A DNA stretch of 64,000 bases, from positions 160,001 through 224,000 of the forward strand of contig CAVYJM010000011.1 of assembly GCA_963768855.1 (NCBI GenBank), written 5' to 3'. Below are positions 57,486 through 64,000 of the stretch, in pieces. Source of the stretch: an uncultured Thermoplasmata archaeon. GTDB taxonomy: Archaea; Thermoplasmatota; Thermoplasmata; RBG-16-68-12. The position numbers were made by a program, and so were the translations under genes. The first letter of the stretch is position 1; every line of letters begins with the position of its first letter. Below the pieces are notes generated by a model. It saw nothing but the letters and a program-made list of their open reading frames with translations. It was not told the origin of the DNA and did no database searches.

Positions 57486-57585
57486 CCGCCGGGAGCACTC
57501 TCACACGAGGTCCTTTTTCCGGTAGCAGATGGGAAGGCCAACGGTAGCAACCTAACACTAGGTCGATCTTCCGGTAGCAGATGGG
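57486..57585 (+). repeat. tRNA-Glu 3' 12-mer duplicate plus cggtagca direct repeats
   Basis: ccgccgggagca is identical to 47296-47307. ttccggtagcagatggg occurs at 57517 and 57569, and cggtagca at 57542. Confidence 0.6.
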
Positions 57586-57599
57586 CCGGGGCTTATCCC

Positions 57600-57645
57600 G
57601 CTTCCACCCCATTTCCGCTCGCCGGAGCGGCCGGAAGGGCTATGG
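57600..57645 (+). repeat. Island repeat copy F
   Basis: gcttccaccccatttccgctcgccggagcggccggaagggctatgg; perfect ccgctc/gagcgg inner stem. Confidence 0.75.
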
Positions 57646-57677
57646 CGTGACCGGTCGATGCGGCTGCAGGGGGTGGA

Positions 57678-58037
57678 GTGATGCAACCGAATACGACAGA
57701 AAGCGGTCCGTCCGAGACACCATGCCGCGCTTGCGGCTCATCTGCGCGGTTGGTGGGGACCGAGCAATTTCGTGTAGGAGGCACGTCCGGTGGCTGGAAG
57801 CTGCTGTTCGGTGAATGGGCCGAGCTGGGCGAGGAGATGATGCCCCTTGAGATGTGGGTGTGCCCTTCCTGCCGTCGAGTAGAATTCCGAGTCCCCGTGG
57901 GCTACAAGCGACCGGATGAGGTCGCGCGGGGACTGCGATACGCATGTCCAGGATGTGGCGGCGATGTTTATCACGGTCAGACCGCGTGTCCCGAGTGCGG
58001 CTACGTGTTGAAGGATTCCCCCACGTCAGAGGGGTAA
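57678..58037 (+). CDS. Double zinc-ribbon protein
   Basis: CRACG, GGWKLLFGEW, VCPSC, CPGCG, CPECG. Confidence 0.7.
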   Translation: MMQPNTTESGPSETPCRACGSSARLVGTEQFRVGGTSGGWKLLFGEWAELGEEMMPLEMWVCPSCRRVEFRVPVGYKRPDEVARGLRYACPGCGGDVYHGQTACPECGYVLKDSPTSEG

Positions 58038-58083
58038 GGTCCCCCGCCCCGTCGCGCCCGCAAGCGGCCGGAAGGGCAATGCC
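58028..58083 (+). repeat. Island repeat copy G (overlaps the upstream stop codon)
   Basis: agaggggtaaggtcccccgccccgtcgcgcccgcaagcggccggaagggcaatgcc. Confidence 0.8.
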
Positions 58084-58183
58084 GGGACGGGCGAAGGGAG
58101 GATGGCGCGTCGCCGAACAACGACGAAGAAGGAGGAGGGAGGCTTACGCATGTTTAAGGTCTAGGGCGACGTCCACTCGGTTT

Positions 58184-58525
58184 ATGGCTAGACAAAAGCA
58201 CTCTGAACCCGCCCACGTTAGTGTACTTCGTGATGTACCTCCGGAGAATGCGTTCTACTTCTACGAAGGGATCGGTCAACCGACCGGTGTGGCTTCCAAG
58301 AACCTGGCTGAGTTCCGCGACCAGACGAAGGGCGCCAGTCCCACGTCCATCGAGTTTCACCTCGAGCGAGGCGATTTCGAGAACTGGTTCCGAATGTTGG
58401 GCGACGAGTCGCTCTCGCATCAGGTGGCCAATCTGAGGAAGCGAAGGCCCGCGGCCGACCAACTGCCCAGTCGTCTCTCGAGCCTTGTCGACTCGCGAAT
58501 CCGCCAGCTGCGGAGATCAGGGTAG
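58184..58525 (+). CDS. DUF5752-like protein
   Basis: VLRDVPPENAFYFY...NLAEF...SIEFHLERGDFENW. Confidence 0.7.
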   Translation: MARQKHSEPAHVSVLRDVPPENAFYFYEGIGQPTGVASKNLAEFRDQTKGASPTSIEFHLERGDFENWFRMLGDESLSHQVANLRKRRPAADQLPSRLSSLVDSRIRQLRRSG

Positions 58526-58881
58526 CCAGGAGCATTCGTCCTCCCGCAGGCAATGCAGCGTTTTCTCGGACTTCCTCCTGCGGCAGAGAATGCGCACCGA
58601 CGCGAAACGTCAACCGAGCCTGCAGCCCACGCTCGGTCAAGCGGGTCACCCTGCAAGATCCTGGCACACGATGCGAGCCGCTCTGGATCAATCCTCGGGT
58701 CCGACTCCTGGCCAACTCTCCTCCGTGCGGGTGAGCGCGCCAAGGACGAGGCGTTCCCGCGAGGCACCCCGGGGCGGCTCATTCCCGGGAGTCTGGCCCT
58801 TCGTGTCGCGCGGAGGGACGTCACGGCACAACCCTAAAATACGGAGGCCTTCATCGACGGGCGTCCCCTGCAGGCGTCCCC

Positions 58882-59868
58882 ATGCCCGAACTCCGGAAGG
58901 ACTACGTGACGGACACCTGGGTGGTGTTCTCCCCGGCCCGCTCGAAGCGGCCCACGGACTTTCACACCCAGACGCGGCCCACCGACAAGGCGAAATGCCC
59001 CTTCTGCCCGGGCCACGAGGCCATGACGCCGCCGGAGATCCTCGCGTACCGGAAGGATGGCTCTCCGAACTCCCCCGGATGGTGGATCCGCTGCATCCCG
59101 AACGCCTACCCTGCCCTCGAAATCGAGGGCGAGCTCCACCGACACGTCACCCAGCTGTTCCACAGCATGAGCGGCATCGGCGCCCACGAGGTCATCGTCG
59201 AGACGCCGGAGCACGCGGCCAACCTCTCCGCCCTGAGCGACTTCCAGATGCAGGAGGTGATCACCGCCTACAAGCAGCGGTACGTCGACCTCACGCGGGA
59301 CAAGCGGTTCAAGTACATCCTCATCTTCAAGAACCACGGAGAGCGCGCCGGTGCGTCGATCTCGCATCCGCACTCGCAGCTGATCGCGACCCCCATCCTC
59401 CCGCGCCATCTCCTCGAGGAGGTGAACGCGCTCCACCGGTTCTACGAGGCCACGGGCGGCTCGTGCATCTACTGCGAGATCGTGGAGACCGAACTGGAGG
59501 AGAAGCGGCGGATTGTCTCCGAGAACCGATCGTTCGTCGCGATCTCGCCCTACGCCGCCCGTTTCCCCTTCGAGACGTGGATCCTCCCGAAGTCCCACGA
59601 GAACGCCTTCGAGGACATCACCGACGAGGAGCGTGCCCCACTCGCCTCGATGATGAAGGACGTGCTCGGTCGCCTGTACCACGTCCTGGACGATCCCCCC
59701 TTCAACTTCTACATCCACACCTCGCCCTGCGACCGCAAGGAGGTCAAGTTCCACTGGCACGTGGAGATCACGCCGCGGCTCACGGAGACGGCAGGCTTCG
59801 AGCGCGGAACCGGGTTCTACATCAACCCGGTGATGCCCGAGGACGCGGCCTCGATCCTGCGCGGCTAG
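58882..59868 (+). CDS. galT: GalT-family hexose-1-phosphate nucleotidyltransferase
   Basis: ELRKD, RSKRP, CPFCPG, HEVIVETPEH, GASISHPHSQ, FHWH. Confidence 0.88.
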   Translation: MPELRKDYVTDTWVVFSPARSKRPTDFHTQTRPTDKAKCPFCPGHEAMTPPEILAYRKDGSPNSPGWWIRCIPNAYPALEIEGELHRHVTQLFHSMSGIGAHEVIVETPEHAANLSALSDFQMQEVITAYKQRYVDLTRDKRFKYILIFKNHGERAGASISHPHSQLIATPILPRHLLEEVNALHRFYEATGGSCIYCEIVETELEEKRRIVSENRSFVAISPYAARFPFETWILPKSHENAFEDITDEERAPLASMMKDVLGRLYHVLDDPPFNFYIHTSPCDRKEVKFHWHVEITPRLTETAGFERGTGFYINPVMPEDAASILRG

Positions 59869-61334
59869 ACGGCCACGGCGGACGGCCCGCCCGAGACGAT
59901 CGTCTTCAACCTCGAGCCCCACGCGCCCCGGGACCGCTCGTACCAACGGACGTACTGCGCCGCGGAGCTCTTCCAGGACAAGTCGGAGGCCATCGCCCTC
60001 TGTTGCAACGCCTTCCAGCCACGCCGCCCGCGGTAGAACTCCACGGCCCGTCGGGTCGTGTCCAGGAGGGCCTCTGGTGCGTAGTCCGAGAACACGAAGC
60101 CGTTCCCCTTCTTCGGGTCCCGGGCCACGTCTGTGACGGTGTCCACGAGTCCGCCCGTCGCGCGCACGATGGGCACGGTCCCGTACCGCAGGCTGATCAT
60201 CTGCCCAAGTCCGCAGGGCTCGAACTTCGAGGGCATGAGGAAGAAATCCGAACCGGCGTAGATCCGGTGCGCGAGGGCCTCATCGTACTTGAGGTAGGCC
60301 ACGAGGTTGTTCGCGTCCTTCGCGAGCTCCGCGAGGGGGTCCTCGTACTTCTTCTCCCCCGTGCCCAGGATGACCACCTGGGCGCCCAGCTCCAGGATGC
60401 GAGGGAGCGCGGGAAGGAGGATGTCGAGCCCCTTTTGTTCCGTGATCCGCGTGACCATGCCCAGCAGCGGGGCCTTCGGGTCCGTCGGGATTCCCGCCTC
60501 CTTCTGCAGCGCGTGCTTGTCCTCCGCCTTCCGGTCGATCGTCGATCTCGTGTACGTGCGGGGAATCTGGGCGTCCTGGGCCGGGTTCCACACGTCGTAG
60601 TCGATGCCGTTGAGGATGCCCGAGAGCTTCAAGCCGCGAGAGCGCAGGAGATCCTCGAGGCCGTACCCATACTCCTTGGTCTGGATCTCCTTCGCATACG
60701 TGGGGCTGACCGCATTGACGAGGTCCGCGTAGACGATGCCCGCCTTCATGAAGTTCAGCTTTCCGTAGAACTCGACGCCCTCGGGCCCCCACGACTCCGT
60801 CGGGAAGCCCATCCATTCGAACAGATCCCGGCCGAACAGTCCCTGGTGCTGGAGGTTATGGATCGTGAAGGCCGTGCGGATGCCGCGGTAGCGCTCGTCG
60901 CCCGCATACAAGGTCCGGAGGAACGCCGGGGTCATGGCAGAATGCCAGTCGTTGCAGTGAATCACATCGGGCCAGAAGTTTGCGGCAGGCAAGAGGTCGA
61001 GGAGCGCCTTGCAAAAGAAGCCGAAGCGCTCGCCGTCATCTTCGTATTCATAGACCTTCGGTCGGTCATACAGCTCCGGCTTGTCCACGAGGTACACTGG
61101 GACGCCATCAATGCTGGAGGTGAGCAAGTGCGCCTCGTCGGTCCTGCCTCCGATGCGTACCGGAAAGGCACCCAGGTTCTCCTGCGTGCCACGGATCATT
61201 CCGTAGCGGGGCAGCGCGAGCCGGACATCGTGGCCGAGGGACCGGAGGGCCTTGGGCAGGCTCCCCGCAACGTCGCCGAGGCCGCCGACCTTCGCAAGGG
61301 GGTAGGCCTCCGCTGCTGCGAACAGGACTTTCAT
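59865..61334 (-). CDS. glgA: Glycogen synthase (GT5)
   Basis: KVGGLGDV, HCNDWH, TIHNLQHQG, GILNGID, MPSKFEPCGLGQ, TGGLVDTV. Confidence 0.95.
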   Translation of the reverse strand: MKVLFAAAEAYPLAKVGGLGDVAGSLPKALRSLGHDVRLALPRYGMIRGTQENLGAFPVRIGGRTDEAHLLTSSIDGVPVYLVDKPELYDRPKVYEYEDDGERFGFFCKALLDLLPAANFWPDVIHCNDWHSAMTPAFLRTLYAGDERYRGIRTAFTIHNLQHQGLFGRDLFEWMGFPTESWGPEGVEFYGKLNFMKAGIVYADLVNAVSPTYAKEIQTKEYGYGLEDLLRSRGLKLSGILNGIDYDVWNPAQDAQIPRTYTRSTIDRKAEDKHALQKEAGIPTDPKAPLLGMVTRITEQKGLDILLPALPRILELGAQVVILGTGEKKYEDPLAELAKDANNLVAYLKYDEALAHRIYAGSDFFLMPSKFEPCGLGQMISLRYGTVPIVRATGGLVDTVTDVARDPKKGNGFVFSDYAPEALLDTTRRAVEFYRGRRGWKALQQRAMASDLSWKSSAAQYVRWYERSRGAWGSRLKTIVSGGPSAVAV

Positions 61335-61446
61335 GGAATCCGGCAGTCAGAAGAAGGGTCGCGTATTCAAATGTGTGTAGCGGCTTTCCCGCCAGGCCCG
61401 CACAGTCTCGGGAGACTAGCGGCGCGAGCGTTCCTTGGGTGACAAG

Positions 61447-63138
61447 ATGGCCGACAAGCCGATGGGATCCGTCGTCTTCGTGCTCCACACTCATCTTCCC
61501 TGGGTCCTGGGCCATGGTCGGTGGCCCCACGGGGAATCGTGGCTCTACGAGGCCGCCGCGGAATGCTACGTGCCGCTCCTGCGGATGCTCGACCGTCTTT
61601 CGAACGAGACACCCGACGTCCGCCTGACGTTCGGCATCACGCCCGTGCTCACGGAGAGCCTGGCCTCCCCGAGGTTCCGAGACGGCTTCCTGGCGTACCT
61701 CGAGGAACGGCAGGGCCAGGCCGAGAGGGACCGCGAGGACTTCCGAGCGCAAGGGGACGCGCCCGCGGGACGCCAGGCCGTCGCGTGGTCCGCGTTCTAT
61801 CGGACGATCCGGACCCATTTCGAGGGACCGCTCGGGAGCGATCTCCTTGGGGGATTCCGCCGCCTTCAGGATTCGGGCCTCATCGAGATCATCACCTCCG
61901 CCGCGACCCATGGATACCTGCCGCTCTTGGGCCGCGACGAATCCGTGGCCGCGCAGATTCAATGCGGCATCTCCTCCTACCGCCGGCATTTCGGGCGTGA
62001 CCCGCGGGGGGTGTGGCTCCCCGAATGCGCGTACCGGCCTCGCGGTCCCTGGTCGAGGCCGGTCGGACCAGCGCGGTCTTGGACTCGGCCCGGCCTGGAA
62101 GACGTGCTCGCCCGTCACCACTTGCGGTACTTCTTCGTGGACACGCATCTCGTGGCCGGCGGCGTCCCTCTCGGCACGTACGACGATCGCTTCGAGGAGA
62201 GGCGCCTCGACGCGACGGCTCCCGCCCGAGGGTCCTCGCCCAACGAGGCGCACGCCCTCCTGGCGGACGGCGGCCGTCAGCGCGTCGCCGTCCTCGCCCG
62301 CGACCCAGGCACCAGCGTCCAGGTCTGGAGCGCGGACTACGGCTACCCGGGCGACGGGGCGTATCTCGAGTTCCACCGGAAGAAGAGACCCGGTGGGCTG
62401 CGCTACTGGCGGATCACGGATCGGCGCCTGCCGCTCGAGGCAAAGCTTCCTTACGAGCCCGAGGATGCGGAGGCTCGGGTGCGGGCCCACGCGGAACATT
62501 TCACGGGGCTCGTGCGGCAGACCCTGGCGGACCACCGGGAGCGCACGGGACGCTCGGGGGTCGTCGTCGCGCCCTTCGACACGGAGCTCTTCGGGCACTG
62601 GTGGTTCGAGGGCCCCGCGTGGCTCGAGGCCGTCCTCCGTGACTTGCGAGGCGACCTCGACACCCGGACCGCCTCCGAGTATCTCGAGCACCATCCCCCG
62701 AGGTCCGTCGTCAGCCTCCCAGAGGGTTCCTGGGGACAGGGGGGCCACCACTGGGTATGGTTGAACGATGGGACCCGCTGGGTGTGGGAGCTGATCTACC
62801 GTGCGGAGGATGCGTTCGCGGAGGCTCTGGGTTCTGGCGGCGACGCGCCCGATGCCTTGAGCGAGCGGATCCTGAGGCAGCTCGCTCGGGAGCTGCTCCT
62901 CCTCGAGTCCTCGGATTGGCCCTTCCTCATCACCACGGTGGCAGCCCACGATTACGCCGAGGCGCGAGCGCGGCTTCACTTCGAGACGTTCGAATGGCTC
63001 CTGCGCATGTCGAGACGCACCGCAGAGGGTCCGATCTCCTCCGAGGACCTCGCTCGGCTTTCGCAGCTCGAGGAGCGAGACTCCCTCTTCCCCGAGATCG
63101 ACCTGCGGTGGTGGGCGGGGGAGCCCGCGAGCCCATGA
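61447..63138 (+). CDS. GH57 1,4-alpha-glucan branching enzyme (DUF1957)
   Basis: VLHTHLPWV, WLYEAAAECY, SAATHGYLPL, GVWLPEC, PFDTELFGHWWFEG, LLLESSDWPF. Confidence 0.92.
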   Translation: MADKPMGSVVFVLHTHLPWVLGHGRWPHGESWLYEAAAECYVPLLRMLDRLSNETPDVRLTFGITPVLTESLASPRFRDGFLAYLEERQGQAERDREDFRAQGDAPAGRQAVAWSAFYRTIRTHFEGPLGSDLLGGFRRLQDSGLIEIITSAATHGYLPLLGRDESVAAQIQCGISSYRRHFGRDPRGVWLPECAYRPRGPWSRPVGPARSWTRPGLEDVLARHHLRYFFVDTHLVAGGVPLGTYDDRFEERRLDATAPARGSSPNEAHALLADGGRQRVAVLARDPGTSVQVWSADYGYPGDGAYLEFHRKKRPGGLRYWRITDRRLPLEAKLPYEPEDAEARVRAHAEHFTGLVRQTLADHRERTGRSGVVVAPFDTELFGHWWFEGPAWLEAVLRDLRGDLDTRTASEYLEHHPPRSVVSLPEGSWGQGGHHWVWLNDGTRWVWELIYRAEDAFAEALGSGGDAPDALSERILRQLARELLLLESSDWPFLITTVAAHDYAEARARLHFETFEWLLRMSRRTAEGPISSEDLARLSQLEERDSLFPEIDLRWWAGEPASP

Positions 63139-64000
63139 CGACAATCTCGTTTCACTTCCATGGCTACCAGCCTGGGGACATCGTCCGATGGCGGGAGCCC
63201 GATCCCCTGAGGCCCCAATCCTGGGAGGAGCGCGTTTCGCCGGTGTCCCATGCAGTGGGAGCCGACCGCTTCTCCGGACGCAACTGGACGGATGCGGTGC
63301 TCCAGACGTACGGCCGGCTCCAGACGGTCCTGGACCGGGCCGCGGGAGCGGCGTCGGTCGACATCGAGCCACAGACCCTCGTGTGGCTCCTCCAGCGCGA
63401 CCCGGACGCCTTCCACCGGGTCCGCGCCTCCTTCGAGCGCGGGTCGGCGTCCTTGGCGCTCACGCCTCCGTTCCACCCCATCCTCCCGCACCTCCATCGG
63501 TTCGAGCGAGAGGTCTTGTTCGACCTGATGATTGATTTCCATGCGCCGCTCCTCCGTAGGCGCCCCGAGGCCCCCACGGGCCTCTGGCTGCCGGAGGCCG
63601 CGTTCTCGCGTGAAACGATCGAGGACTACCTACGTGTGGCGCGGGCAGCCTCCATCGGACAGGAAGGCCTCTCGGACTTGTTGCACGCGGTGCACCTCCT
63701 CTTGGACGCGCGGCAGTTCTCCGACCCGGGCAAGGCCGCCAGCGCCTGGGCGGCGGTGGACGGCACGCCGGGGATCGCTGCAGTGGGGCGGGACCATCCC
63801 CTCAGCTCAGAATTCGCTTTCGGCCCAACGGGGGCCCCTGACTTCTGTCGTGCGGCTCTGGCCCGAGGGAACGGGCACGTCTTCATCGCGAGCGATCTGG
63901 AGTCCCTCCTCGCGAATCCGGCCCAGGCGGAGCGTTTCGAGACCATCGTGCAGGCGCTGCGTGCGCAGGGAGCGGAGGTCCGTGCACCCCGGCCCCCTTC
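63135..64000 (+). CDS. Second GH57 glycoside hydrolase (5' part; runs off window end)
   Basis: Manual translation MTTISFHFHGYQPGD...PFHPILP...GLWLPE...RDHPLS; absent from the ORF track. Confidence 0.8.
   Translation, partial: MTTISFHFHGYQPGDIVRWREPDPLRPQSWEERVSPVSHAVGADRFSGRNWTDAVLQTYGRLQTVLDRAAGAASVDIEPQTLVWLLQRDPDAFHRVRASFERGSASLALTPPFHPILPHLHRFEREVLFDLMIDFHAPLLRRRPEAPTGLWLPEAAFSRETIEDYLRVARAASIGQEGLSDLLHAVHLLLDARQFSDPGKAASAWAAVDGTPGIAAVGRDHPLSSEFAFGPTGAPDFCRAALARGNGHVFIASDLESLLANPAQAERFETIVQALRAQGAEVRAPRPP

Larger units (their letters stand above)
47308..58083. mobile_element. tRNA-Glu-linked accessory island with cassette-like organisation (no integrase in window)
   Basis: Begins at the tRNA 3' end; small unrelated genes, remnants and low-GC patches; 8 co-oriented repeats; 12-bp copy of the tRNA 3' end at 57486-57497. 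Confidence 0.7.

Noticed and set aside
56248-57558. ACCTAAC (attC RYYYAAC-like) motifs at about 56248 and 57552
   Set aside because: No matching GTTRRRY core or attC-type palindrome downstream, so a classical integron is not supported.
57517-57585. 17-bp direct repeat with a 35-nt spacer as a mini-CRISPR
   Set aside because: Only two units, shorter than CRISPR repeats, and no cas genes nearby. Kept instead as possible integrase arm sites.
47308-58083. Integrase or transposase gene for the island
   Set aside because: No ORF with tyrosine/serine recombinase, DDE or HUH motifs was found in the track or by inspection.

Overview
High-GC (about 68% by eye) archaeal chromosome segment. The marker genes (rpl44e-rps27e-eIF2a-nop10-PAC2, aglB, bud32, tsr3, dph6, archaeal pilins, DUF835/KaiC-like ATPases) suggest a Thermoplasmata-type euryarchaeon; this taxonomy is an inference. 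Bases 1-47.3 kb are mostly core genes: metG, purN/purH/purD with metF and folD, a KaiC-like/roadblock/V4R-like four-gene operon, a 2172-aa AglB, two near-identical tandem pilins, HPS-RraA, larB, XPD, tRNA-Pro and the translation cluster. In that cluster, PAC2 is split by an inverted internal fragment of an MFS gene. Bases 47.3-58.1 kb, directly downstream of tRNA-Glu(TTC), form an accessory island of small, unrelated genes and gene remnants. The island is punctuated by at least 8 co-oriented copies of a structured intergenic repeat (core GCGGCCGGAAGG). Three copies carry a 9-8-9 inverted-repeat site that resembles a tyrosine-recombinase core and the tRNA T-arm. There is also a partial duplication of the tRNA 3' end with short arm-like repeats, but no integrase in the window. 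This cassette-array-like island is the best candidate for an undescribed system. Bases 58.2-64 kb are a glycogen cluster (DUF5752, GalT-like, glgA, two GH57). No CRISPR array, rRNA or transposase was found. All assignments come from motif recognition by eye; no searches were run.
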